A model generated the notes under the pieces. It worked only from the letters and a program-made list of their open reading frames with translations, had not been told where the DNA came from and did no database searches. The translations under genes and the position numbers were made by a program. DNA of 64,000 bases, from assembly GCA_950097015.1 (NCBI GenBank), contig CATNEN010000007.1:10664001-10728000 (forward strand). Reading direction: 5' to 3'. The DNA comes from Macrostomum hystrix. Its lineage: Eukaryota > Animalia > Platyhelminthes. Below, piece after piece: positions 1 to 12,421 of this stretch. How positions within the stretch are numbered: position 1 is the stretch's first letter; each line of letters opens with the position of its first letter.

Positions 1-3000
1 AGCAGGCGCCGCTTCCCGGCCATGCGGGCCTGCTGCTTCATCACCTGCCACACCTGCGGCGGGAGTCCTTCCTGTACAGGTCCGACTCGGATTTCGACGT
101 GTCCGGCCGGTCGTCCAGGCACTCCTCCCTGGCCAGTGACCAGTGAGCCGCCCGCCTCATCTGTTTGCTGAACTGACCGCTTTGATGCCCCGACTGCACT
201 ACTGACCATTGAGATTTAGTAGTAGCGCTGCTGAGACTGAACTAATTCACAAATTATCCCTTGGGATTAGTGGCAGAGCGGTTTAACGCGTTTGCCTTTC
301 GCAGCAAGGTCCCTGAGCTCGATTCCGCGGCGAGGCCACATTAATTTGGGGCGCAGCCGCGGAGAGAAGGCTTGTGGGCTTGTCGTGCAATTTACGCCCT
401 TGAGGGCCAACCTCCAAGGCACAGTGAAGTGTACACTGCCTGGCGATGAGAAAGTCAGGGCAGACAGATATACACACCTGTGCAGATAGTATTACGAAAC
501 ATAATCCCCAACAAATCACAAGGTATCCCCTACAGTTGATATATTACAATCACAGTTTAGCGCACAGGAATTTAGTTTATTGATCAGGGACACAGATTGC
601 TTCACAAATCAGTTTTCATACCACCGTCACAGAGCTGCACTCTTGCCTTTAAACTTGAGCAAGCGCTAGAAAAAAAGTAAAAACAAAAACAAAAAATTCA
701 AGGCATACTACTAAATACCGCTCCAGTTCAGTAGCCAGATGCAGCCGAATGACTATTGAATGACTTTTAATGTGCGCGCCGCTGCTAGAGACAGAGGAAG
801 GAGAATTAGTGGAGGGCTGAAAGCTGACAACACTCCCCAGCTAAGCCTGCTTTGACATTGATGGAGACAGCGGCCTACAGAAAGATGAAGACACAGAGAG
901 AGAGAGCGGGGCCCGCAAGTTTCTGCCAGCCTCGCAGCCCACGACGCACCCCGTGCCAACCAGGGCGCGCAGAGCTGCCCCCCACCTCCGCCCCCTAGCC
1001 GTGACCCTAAGACACAGGGGGCGGCACCTCGGCTCCGGCCGTCTCTGGCCAGGAGCTGATTGCCATCCCGGGACACAACTTTCTCGGAATTCTCCCAATA
1101 TCCCCTCTGTGCTACTGGGGAAGGGAAGGGGAAGCCAACGGGACCCGGGACCTGCTGGGGATGTGGGAATGATGGGATCAATATCGGAGGCAAAATCGAT
1201 AACATTCGGAGGCCGACGCGGAGTTTGGTCACTCGTGACGGACAGTGCGGGGGGTGGCCTTGGAACAGCTGGCACAGTCCGCAGCAATGCTCCGTTCTTC
1301 TGCAATTCCTGCTGCCCAACTGCTGGCTGGGTGGGGGTGGCGAATTAATTAAGCAGCTCAGGCGCACTCACTCCAGGTGTCCAGGGCCAGGGGACTCAAT
1401 TGGAATCCTCTGCGGCGAGCGAGCTGTCAATTAACGGTTGCCGGGTGGGGTCAGGCGGGCGCACTTTAAACGCAGCCACGCAGATAAATGCAACTCCAGT
1501 AAACAAACTATCAATTTATTCAAGCTGACTGTTCACCTGGAACACACGGGGATCATGATTTGTGGTCCAGGACGGATTGGGATCTGGGCTCAGGTACCCA
1601 TCCCCGGAGTACGGCTCCCCTCCTCTCTCCCCCATCCTTTGTCTGTAGTTTCTACAGGCGCCAGGCGCATCAACTGGGCATTTCTTTCGCTCACTGCCAC
1701 ATTCTCCAAGGCGCAGCGACTCCACCCCACCTCCGCCCGCCCAACCCCCGACCAACCCAAGCCGCAGCCACTGCCGGCCCCCCTGGGCTCAGAGCTGCCT
1801 GGCGGGTACTCAGGCTGCGGGCACAAATACTGCTTCTCTATCTGGCCTGGCCCGGTCCCTATCTCTGCCCTCAGCCAGCTAACTCACTGAACGCACGCTC
1901 CGCGCGCGGCTCACGCACTGCGTCCCGGGAGCTCTGTTGCGAGGCCGGCTACGCCCCCCAGAGCTGCTTGGCTCCATTCTTCCCCGCCTCTTTGTGCCCA
2001 CGACTCTCAAAGTTATCCCGCGGCGGCCGGCAAATTCAATTGGGCGCCGAACCAGTCAGTCAGCAGTAGAGGGCCCCGGGGAAGCAGTCTTCTTTCCAAC
2101 CAGCGGCAGCAGCAGCGGAAGACTCGGGACATGCAGCGGGAGCAGGGCAACTCGTTGCCAGTTCTGCCCATCGAGCCGCTGCCGCCAGCCGGCTCCGATG
2201 AGGAGGCCGACGACCAGCTGCCGGACCTGCCGGGCCGTTCCTGGTCCGGCGGAGCTGGCGGTGGCAGCGGTGGCGGCTTAGGCACCGGGGCTGTCGGTGG
2301 CGGGGAAGCCGGAGCTCTAGCGACCTCACGCCGCGGCTCTCTGTACATTTTCAGACAGTCGGACGAGGTGATTGTGACGCCATTCGCCCAGGTGTTGCAC
2401 ACCCTGCGGTCCGTGTACGACAGCGTCCGCGTCATGACCGGTGGCGGCGGCGGCGGAAGGTCCGGAGCGCTGCTGAATCACAGGTAGTCATTATTTTTAT
2501 TATTATGTTTACTAATATTATTATAGTATACAGGCGCTGATTTCTATAGTAGATTTCATATACAAATCAAAACGGAGTAAAAACAAAAGACAAGAATAAA
2601 AAAGTGTAAAGCTATTCAGGGCAGCTGTGCGCTTTCTTTAATTGCAGATAATTTTCTTGTGAACAACGCTAGTCCATATGTCAGTTCTTGACTGACTTGC
2701 ACCAGTAGGTATATGCATTTTGCACAGAGGCAGAAATTTCTAGTAAAATTGTTGTCCCTGATTGAAAATGGAAGAGAAAGTTTCCTGCTCCTGTCATTTG
2801 ATAAGTGAGGGCTTTGACAGACGGATTTATTGCCTCAGGTTGGAACTCAAAGCCACACTGAAGTTATGCCTCTCATATGGACAACAAGTCAAGCATGAAA
2901 ATATGTGTCCAAGCCCTGAGAATACTTTTGAGATCGTGCGACTTGCTCAGAAATGGCCTAAGTTGTTTTTTTTGTCATGCCAGATGACAGGGACTGGATA

Positions 3001-6000
3001 CTCAGCTTCGGCTGCCTGCGGTCGCGCCGTCCCTCCCTCCTCGACCCCTCAGCCGCAGATGAGGCGGTGTGGCCGGAGTTTTTTTTGCAAAACCTGCTCA
3101 CAGGCACCGCTCCTGCCACAGTGCATTGGCGTCACGGCCTGCCAAAAATAGCAGCCCGCTGCCCCCGCCCTGTCCTCAGCCCCCCGGCTTGACCCAGGCA
3201 GCCAGATGAGCGCCCACCAACAATGTCTCCCTGCCCCGCCTGTCTCCATCCGAAAGTCTCAATCAGTGTGTTTCCCTCTTTGCATTTAATTCTTTAATTC
3301 TACGCCCGCCTTTTCAAAGCCATTTTCTCATCTGCCTCAAGCCCTACTCAGGCACCGCCTTTGAGTCTATTCTCAAACTCAATAGGCCGGGTGCGAAACG
3401 GCTTCCAGCTCGTCTGGCCGCCAGTTGGGCTGAGAAAAACTCGATGAGCGTGAATGCCAAATGGGTAGCAATATTTTGAGGATCCAGTTGACTTTCTAAG
3501 AAACATTCTACTCCAACTGACTTCAATAGCTGAGCACACATCTCAGCACTCAATGGCCAACTCACCCGAATCCACTATTAATTTCAGCTCGGGCCGCAGG
3601 ACAGCCGGAGCTGGCGCCGCCGCGGACGCAGGTGAGACCAGCGTGTACTCAGGGATTGGGATCCAGCTAATCAGATGCAAATCCTGTGAGACTGTGGCGG
3701 GGGCTGGGTGGCCCCAATTTGGTGATGCCGCTCGGGGCGAGTGTGTGAATTAATCAATCAAATCTGCTCTTTCTTCTTTCCGGGAAAATTTTATCCCGAT
3801 ATACGATTGGAGCATCTGAACTAACTCGAAGGCTCCGATAAATGAGAACAGATTTTTCCATAGAAACCATGCTGGGTTCGAATCCTGAGGAGATCTCAAA
3901 CATTGCAGGCAACGAAGCGGGGAGCCAGCTGGCGGAGAAGACGCTGAAGGACCTGGAATGGTGCCTGGACCAGCTGGAGACGGTGCAGACTCACCGCTCA
4001 GTAGCGGATATGGCTTCCAGCAAGGTGAGGGGGCGAGCCCTTCCAACATCCGCAAGGAAACTGCGAGTGCTTTTGTAAACAACTCAATGATAAGTCGATG
4101 ACGGATTGAAACACTCACACTTTCAGTTCAAGAAGCTGCTGAAAATTGAGCTGGAGCGAATGAGCAGCTGGCCAAGCTCCTCCGGAGCCACTTCCAACCA
4201 GATTGAGAACTACATCACCTCCACCTTCCTGGGTGAGTCTGGCCACCTGGGCGTCTGAACTAAACTGAGCTGAATCTCAAGACTTGGTTAGAGGGGAATC
4301 CGCGTCCCGAATCCTAAGGAAATCCTCGTCCCGAATCCTAAGGAAATCCGCGTCCCGAATCCTAAGGAAATCCGCGTCCCGAATCCTAAGGAAATCCTCG
4401 TCCCGAATCCTAAGGAAATCCTCGTCCCGAATCCTAAGGAAATCCGCGTCCCGAATCCTAAGGAATCCTCGTCCCGAATCGTAAGGAAATCCTCGTCCCG
4501 AATCGTAAGGAAATCCTCGTCCCGAATCCTAAGGAAATCCGCGTCCCGAATCCTAAGTAAATCCGTGTCCCGAATCCTAAGGAAATCCGCGTCCTGAATC
4601 CTAAGGAAATCCTCGTCCCGAATCCTGAAACTCTTCAGAGAAGGACGACGACGACCGATCAGCAGCAGCGGCAGCGGCAGCGGCTGCAGCAGCAGCAGCG
4701 GCGGCCGTGGCTGCGTCATCCTTGGACGCTTCGCGGATGGGAGCGTCGTCGAGCCTGCCCGAAGCCCAGCAGCCAGCGACGTCAGCGGCAGCGGCATCAT
4801 CGCCAGCGGTGGCCAGCGGAGCGCGCGGCACTATGACGAAGGTGCCGGTGCGGCCGGCCAGCTCGCCCACGACGCCGACGGAGGGGCCGCTGCCGCCGAA
4901 GCTGGGCGTCGAGACGCCGCACGCCGAGCAGCTGAGCGAACTGTTCGCCCAGGACCTCGGCACCTGGGGCATCGACATCTTCCTGGTGGACCAGCTGTCC
5001 TGCCATCATCCGCTTGTCACCGTTGTCTACGCCATCGCAGAGGTGTCACACCTGTCATTTAGAATCAATCTGACACCCTGTTAGATCAATCTGACACCCT
5101 GTTAGATCAATCTGACACCCTGTTAGATCAATCTGACACCCTGTTAGATCAATCTGACACCCTGTTAGATCAATCTGACACCCTGTTAGATCAATCTGAC
5201 ACCCTGTTAGATCAATCTGACACCCTGTTAGATCAATCTGACACCCTGTTAGATCAATCTGACACCCTGTTAGATCAATCTGACACCCTGTTAGATCAAT
5301 CTGACACCCTGTTAGATCAATCTGACACCCTGTTAGATCAATCTGACACCCTGTTAGATCAATCTGACACCCTGTTAGATCAATCTGACACCCGTCTCAC
5401 ACTCGTCAATCATCAGTTTAGAACCATCTGACACACCCAGGATCAATTCGACATCCCCTGAAGTGTCCGCCATTCCCAGACATTCCGATGCCAGCCCGCC
5501 GTCCCCTCCCGCAGAAACGCGACTTCTTCAACAAGTTCCGCATCCACCCCAGCACGCTAGTCAACTATTTCTCGCACGTAGAGCAGCACTACAAGCAGGA
5601 GAACCCCTACCACAATGCCGTGCACGCTGCCGATGTAACCCAGAGCACCCATGTGCTGCTCAACGCCCAGTCGCTGGGCAACGTGTTCACCGACCTAGAG
5701 ATCCTGGCCAGCATCTTCGCCTGCGCCATTCACGATGTCAACCATCCGGGAGTCACCAACCAGTTCCTCATCAACACAGGTGAGGATGGGAGGTGACGAG
5801 TTGGCTTCTTCCTGACACACTCAGGGCCTTCCTAACACCCTCAGGACTTTCTATACACCCTCAGGACTTTCCTGACAACATCAGGACCTTCCCAACAACT
5901 TACACCCTTCTGACACCCAATGGATCTTCCTGAAACCCAATGGATCTTCCTGACACCCAATGGATCTTCCTGACATCCAATGGATCTTCCTGACACCCAA

Positions 6001-6889
6001 TGGATCTTCCTGACACCCAATGGATCTTCCTGACATCCAATGGATCTTCCTGACATCCAATGGATCTTCCTGACATCCAATGGATCTTCCTGACATCCAA
6101 TGGATCTTCCTGACACCCAATGGATCTTCCTGACACCCAATGGATCTTCCTGACATCCAATGGATCTTCCTGATACCCAATGGATCTTCCTGACACCCAA
6201 TGGACCTTCCTGACAACTTGGCGTAATCCACCCAAATCCGCCGCGCAGAGAACGAGCTGGCCATCATGTACAACGACGCCAGCGTGCTGGAGAACCACCA
6301 CTGCGCCGTGGCCTTCAAGCTGCTCCAGCAGCCCAACTGCAACATCCTGCGCCAGCTGGAGGACGGCCATCGGAAGCAGCTGCGCAAGATGGTCATCGAC
6401 ATGGTGCTGGCCACGGACATGAGCAAGCACATGTCGCTGCTGGCCGACCTCAAGACCATGGTCGAGACCAAGAAGGTTGCCGGCGGCTGCCTGCTGAAGC
6501 TGGACAACTACAGCGAGAAGATGCAGATCATGCAGAACATGGTGCATTGTGCCGACCTCAGCAACCCGGCCAAGCCGATGCCGCTCTCCACGCAGTGGGT
6601 CAGCCGCGTCATGGAGGAGTTCTTCAGCCAGGGCGACCGGGAGAAGGCACTCGGCCTGCCGGTCAGCCCCATGTGCTGCCGGGAGACCGCGAATGTGGAG
6701 AAATCCCAGGTGTCCTTCATCGACTTCATTGTGCACCCGCTGTGGGAGGCCTGGACTGAGCTGGTGCACCCGGACGCTGAGCACATACTCAACACCCTGG
6801 AGGCCAACAGGGACTATTATTCAGAGCTCACTGCAGCCACGGAGGCCGCCGCTGCAGCCGCCGCCGCCGCCTCTGACCAGGCAACATAA
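1..6889 (+). CDS. PDE4: cAMP-specific phosphodiesterase 4 (dunce-like), long isoform, 5' end outside window
   Basis: Phase-consistent GT-AG exons: <1-142, 2355-2483, 3588-3631, 3909-4024, 4127-4232, 4639-5042, 5515-5779, 6249-6889. UCR1 [12 protein letters not shown] (PKA site) and [12 protein letters not shown]; UCR2 [27 protein letters not shown]; catalytic [52 protein letters not shown]. Confidence 0.95.
263..482 (+). mobile_element. tRNA-derived SINE, copy 1 (PDE4 intron)
   Basis: A-box TGGCAGAGCGG (271-281), degenerate B-box GCTCGATTCC; body highly similar to copies at 16429 and 59132. Confidence 0.8.
4297..4626. repeat. Minisatellite, 24-bp unit GAATCCTAAGGAAATCC(T/G)CGTCCC
   Basis: Tandem copies in a PDE4 intron, ending ~12 nt before the acceptor. 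Confidence 0.95.
5061..5392. repeat. Minisatellite, 21-bp unit GATCAATCTGACACCCTGTTA
   Basis: Near-perfect tandem array starting ~20 nt after the donor at 5043. Confidence 0.95.
5905..6213. repeat. Minisatellite, 20-bp unit TTCCTGACACCCAATGGATC
   Basis: Tandem array in the last PDE4 intron; degenerate precursor copies from ~5808. Confidence 0.95.
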
Positions 6890-7397
6890 AAGTACAAAAA
6901 GGGCAGCCCTCCCAGACCCCGCCATCCCCAGCTAGTTGCTTATTGAATTCACTTTGTCACATATTTTGCACTCATTGACCCGCAGCCTCAGGGCATGCTT
7001 GAGAACAGATCCTGCTTTGTCAACAGGCCGCCATGCAGATTGGGAGGCCACCCTGGGCAGCCTCTGCAGTCTCAGGGTGGGCCGGCACAGACTCATTTGA
7101 GCATCATTTTCTTATTTTCAGTTTGCCTCAGCTCCTACATTCACGGCTCACACTGCTTGCTTTCATTCACTCACAGAACTAATTTTAGCAGATTTTTATA
7201 TTAACTATTAATAATTGCGCCTACTCAAAACACCAGACAACCACTCACTCAGAATTTGTGCAGGGAGGTCAAATACAAAGACTTATTCGCTGGGCTCCGC
7301 GTAAAAGCCCAGCTCGAAATAAAACTGGAAGCCCTGACACATTCGGCTGCGACTTTCTTGTCTTTCTTGGGAACCGAAAAATAGAAGCATACTGCTG

Positions 7398-8277
7398 CAA
7401 CTTCCCTGAGCTATGGAACCAACTCCCTGAGCTACGGAATCAACTACCTGAGCTATGGAACCAACTCCCTGAGCTATGGAACCAACTCCCTGAGCTAAGG
7501 AACCAACTCCCTAAGCTATGGAACCAACTACCTGAGCTACGGAATCAACTACCTGAGCTATGGAACCAACTCCCTGAGCTACGGAATCAACTACCTGAGC
7601 TATGGAACCAACTTCCCTGAGCTATGGAACCAACTTCCCTGAGCTATGGAACCAACTCCCTGAGCTAGGGAATCAACTCCCTGAGCTATGGAACCAACTC
7701 CCTGAGCTATGGAACCAACTCCCTAAGCTATGGAACCATCTACCTGAGCTACGGAAACAACTTCCCTGAGCTATGGAACCAACTCCCTGAGCTATGGAAC
7801 CAACTCCCTAAGCTATGGAACCAACTCCCTGAGCTACGGAATGAACTACCTGAGCTATGGAACCAACTTCCCTGAGCTATGGAACCAACTTCCCTGAGCT
7901 ATGGAACCAACTTCCCTGAGCTATGGAACCAACTTCCCTGAGCTATGGAACCAACTCCCTAAGCTATGGAACCAACTCCCTGAGCTACGGAATGAACTAC
8001 CTGAGCTATGGAACCAACTTCCCTGAGCTATGGAACCAACTTCCCTGAGCTATGGAACCAACTTCCCTGAGCTATGGAACCAACTTCCCTGAGCTATGGA
8101 ACCAACTTCCCTGAGCTATGGAACCAACTTCCCTGAGCTATGGAACCAACTACCTGAGCTATGGAACCATCTACCTGAGCTACGGAAACAACTTCCCTGA
8201 GCTATGGAACCATCTACCTGAGCTACGGAAACAACTTCCCTGAGCTATGGAACCATCTAACTGAGCTACGGAAACAA
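7398..8277. repeat. Minisatellite, 21-22-bp unit CCTGAGCTATGGAACCAACT(T)C
   Basis: Intergenic tandem array with 1-nt indel variants. Confidence 0.95.
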
Positions 8278-8799
8278 CACGCTAACGTGAGAGAAAAATC
8301 GCAGGGAAAAAGTCGCTTTAACTTTACAATTTTGCTAAAAAGACGAACGCAGTTTTGTAAACTGCAGACAAATTGAAACATCTGTACGCACTACTCGCAA
8401 GTAGCAAGGCCTTAAACATGAAGTATTTCTTATACACATCAAGAATTCAAGCCATCGACGCGGAAACCTGCGGACCCATCCCCCAGTGTCAGCCGAAGCA
8501 AAGGTTCATTGTGCTGAGCCAGATGTACACTCGCTGTTGGGATACACAATTTGCGCAGGACGCAAATGCGATTCTATGGGAGGCAGCAGACTGCCCCGCC
8601 CAGCTGGCCCCCCCACAGGATGGGCGGCAGTGCGCGGCTGCAGGACGAATTCCTACTACGCAGCAGAAGTTTTTCCTTCCCTCTCCTGCTGTTGCTGCTG
8701 ATTCAGCCAGGTGAGCCTATAAAGGATAAATCCCATGTGTCCTACCATAACTAGTCTAACCTTCAATTGCAGCAGCAGCAGCAGCAGCAGCAGCTAGTC

Positions 8800-10183
8800 A
8801 TGCGAGTCAGAAGTTCGCCGCTCCTCATCCTCCTCCTGCTCCCGGCCCTGGCCGCCGCCCAGTGCTTTCACGAGGGCCGCGTGATCCCAATGGGCGGCCT
8901 GCTACCGAATGCTGGCGGAGACGCCTGCTTCGACCGGGTCTGCCGCTGCGAGTCCTGGGACCGCTGTCGCTTCGAGCTGGAGCGCAAGTCCGTCCTGGCC
9001 AGGGTCAACGAGGAGTACAAGCCAGAGCCGGCCAAGGTGCAGACCTTGCGCTGCAAGTGCGTGGAGAACCTGGAGGGCAGGTGAAAGTCCAACACTGCAA
9101 CCTGACTGCCAGCGATGCAGGACTCTTTTCAAATGTATCTGGCTGGCACACAGTCTAGTACACAGTCTAGTACACAGTCTAGTACACAGTCTAGTACACA
9201 GTCTAGTACACAGTCTAGTACACAGTCTAGTACACAGTCTAGTACACAGTCTAGTACACAGTCTAGTACACAGTCTAGTACACAGTCTAGTACACAGTCT
9301 AGTACACAGTCTAGTACACAGTCTAGTACACAGTCTAGTACACAGTCTAGTACACAGTCTAGTACACAGCCTGGTACACAGTCTAGTACACAGTCTAGTA
9401 CACAGTCTAGTACACAGCCTGGTACACAGTCTAGTACACAGTCTAGTACACAGTCTAGTACACAGCCTGGTACACAGTCTAGTACACAGTCTAGTACACA
9501 GTCTAGTACACAGTCTAGTACACAGCCTGGTACGCAGTCTAGTACACAGTCTAGTACACAGTCTAGTACACAGCCTGGTACACAGTCTAGTACACAGTCT
9601 AGTACACAGTCTAGTACACAGTCTAGTACACAGTCTAGTACACAGTCTAGTACACAGCCTAGTACACAGTCTAGTACACAGTCTAGTACACAGTCTAGTA
9701 CACAGTCTAGTACACAGTCTAGTACACAGTCTAGTACACAGTCTAGTACACAGTCTAGTACACAGTCTAGTACAGGGTAAATTCAGTTCTGTTTTTACTG
9801 AGCAGACAGAAAAGCAATTCGAACCAAGTGAATCTGCCTTTGCCCGCAGCAACGAGATGAGCTTCTACTGCACCAGCCCCAGCAGCAACCTGACGGGCTG
9901 CCTGGACGCCAGCGGCGCCAGACGGCCAGCCGGTGAGCGCGTCACTGTGGAGACATCGGGCGGCGAGCCGCTTAAATGCGAGTGCGACGCCAGCGGGCAC
10001 TACATCAACTGCGCCGCGCCGGACGACCTGCTGCCGGAAGACGGTTGCCGGGACGCCTCGGGCAGCCGCGTTGCTCTGGGCGCGACCTACAATCGGAACG
10101 TGCAGCTGCACGGCCGGAGCATCAGCCTGCAGTGCATCTGCGCCAAGTCCAGCCAGGAGACCGCCTGCGTGAGGCTGGGATAA
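8800..10183 (+). CDS. Secreted cysteine-rich protein with tandem fibronectin-type-I/VWC-like modules
   Basis: Exons 8800-9080 and 9850-10183 (phase 2 match). Signal peptide MRVRSSPLLILLLLPALAAA; repeated C-x-D-x-x-G...G...CxC...C modules. Confidence 0.8.
9148..9775. repeat. Minisatellite, 12-bp unit CACAGTCTAGTA
   Basis: Intronic tandem array; source of the HSLV/TQSS/CTRL ORFs. Confidence 0.95.
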
Positions 10184-11066
10184 GAGCTGCGACTGACCCA
10201 GTGTACACCCTATGTGCACCTGGTGTGGTCGCAGGAACTTTTAAATTATTTACACTGTAGACTAAACGTACATTTGATGTGCATTAAATGTACATTCGAT
10301 TTACATTCAATTTTCATTGGATGTACATTCAATGTCCATTAGATGTATATTCAATTTTCAGTCGATTTACATTAAGTGTTCATTAGATGTACGAGTATAT
10401 TCGATGATCATTTAATGTGCATTCGATGTTCGATTAATGTTCATCTGATGTACATTAAATCTGCGTTAGATCATCAATGTACAAGGGACACTTCGGCTGG
10501 TTTCAATAACAAGGATAGTAGACTTTCATGAGTATATTTTCAGTGTCAGAGTAAGCTCAGGTTTACTAGTTAAGCATGAAAAGCTAATTTAAAAAAACAT
10601 TCTTGTCGACTCTGAAGTCTGCAGATTGTATCGCTTTTCAGTTTCACAACTAGTTTTTCTTACTGTTTTGTCTTCTGTTCAACGAAAGCGCTCTGCTAAA
10701 TAAAGGTGACATTGGCAGTTTACAGAAATAGAAATAAACTGCAAGTTTTTTTATTCATTGCTGAGTCTACCTGTTATTTACTGTCTCTTTCGTTCTCTTA
10801 CAGTAAATCGGATATCAAAGGCCCAAAAATATGATATGGCAGGTAGCTACGAGTGTTAGCTAGGTAGGTAGGTATGTAGGTGGTTAGGTAGGTAGATAGG
10901 TAGGTAGGTAGGTGGATATTTAGCTTTCTAGCTAGATTGATATGCTAGTAAGCATGTTGCTTCGATGTCGAAAGTTGAAAATCCTCTCTACACTACTACT
11001 AAACTGTTCTGAGTAGCAAACAAAGGAATTATTTGGCCTGAAAAATTTAGAAAGCTAAATTCATCA

Positions 11067-12016
11067 GAGGATGGGGATTTGAGTGAGGATGGGATTTGAG
11101 TGAGGATGGGGATTCGAGTGAGGATGGGGATTCGAGTGAGGATGGGGATTCGAGTGAGGATAGGGATTCGAGTGAGGATGGGATTTGAGTGAGGATGGGG
11201 ATTCGAGTGAGGATGGGATTTGAGTGAGGATGGGGATTCGAGTGAGGATGGGGATTCGAGTGAGGATGGGGATTCGAGTGAGGATGGGGATTCGAGTGAG
11301 GATGGGGATTCGAGTGAGGATGGGGATTTGAGTGAGGATGGGGATTCGAGTGAGGATGGGGATTCGAGTGAGGATGGGGATTTGAGTGAGGATGGGATTT
11401 GAGTGAGGATGGGATTTGAGTGAGGATGGGATTTGAGTGAGGATGGGGATTTGAGTGAGGATGGGGATTCGAGTGAGGATGGGGATTCGAGTGAGGATGG
11501 GGATTCGAGTGAGGATGGGGATTCGAGTGAGGATGGGGATTTGAGTGAGGATGGGGATTCGAGTGAGGATGGGGATTCGAGTGAGGATGGGGATTTGAGT
11601 GAGGATGGGATTTGAGTGAGGATGGGATTTGAGTGAGGATGGGATTTGAGTGAGGATGGGGATTCGAGTGAGGATGGGGATTCGAGTGAGGATGTGATTC
11701 GAGTGAGGATGGGGATTCGAGTGAGGATGGGGATTTGAGTGAGGATGGGGATTCGAGTGAGGATGGGGATTCGAGTGAGGATGGGGATTCGAGTGAGGAT
11801 GGGGATTTGAGTGAGGATGGGATTTGAGTGAGGATGGGATTTGAGTGAGGATGGGATTTGAGTGAGGATGGGGATTCGAGTGAGGATGTGATTCGAGTGA
11901 GGATGGGGATTCGAGTGAGGATGGGGATTCGAGTGAGGATGGGGATTCGAGTGAGGATGGGGATTCGAGTGAGGATGGGGATTTGAGTGAGGATGGGATT
12001 TGAGTGAGGATGGGAT
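11067..12016. repeat. Minisatellite, 17-18-bp unit GAGTGAGGATGGG(G)ATT(C/T)
   Basis: Tandem array downstream of the ERICH3-like 3' end. Confidence 0.95.
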
Positions 12017-12421
12017 CAGTTTGATTTTCTATTAATCAAATGACAAAAAGAAACTGAAAGAAACTAGAATTCGCACAATATTTTCAAGAAAATAAGCCGC
12101 ATAATTTATTAGTCAACAGGAACCAGATCAGACAAACATACGAGTAAACTGACAGGGCAGGCTGTGCAAAGTCTGAAAAAGCAGTTTCAAAGCAGGTGCA
12201 AATGAACATACGGTACAGACGTGCTAGAGGACTCAAACAGTAGTCAAGCGAGTCACTGGATCTGCAGGTGCTAATTGAGCTGGTCAGTGAGCAGCGGTGG
12301 CAAGTCATTTTAATTATTGGAAATTCTCAGGCAGTGAAAGCAACAAAGAATCAGAGAAGCGGGCAGGGCAGAGGAAAGTCAATCTCGATTGAAAGCCTTC
12401 CGAAGCAGCCGAATTCCTTGT

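Noticed and set aside
753-2070. Overlapping ORFs in the first PDE4 intron
   Set aside because: No recognisable motifs; expected by chance in GC-rich DNA.
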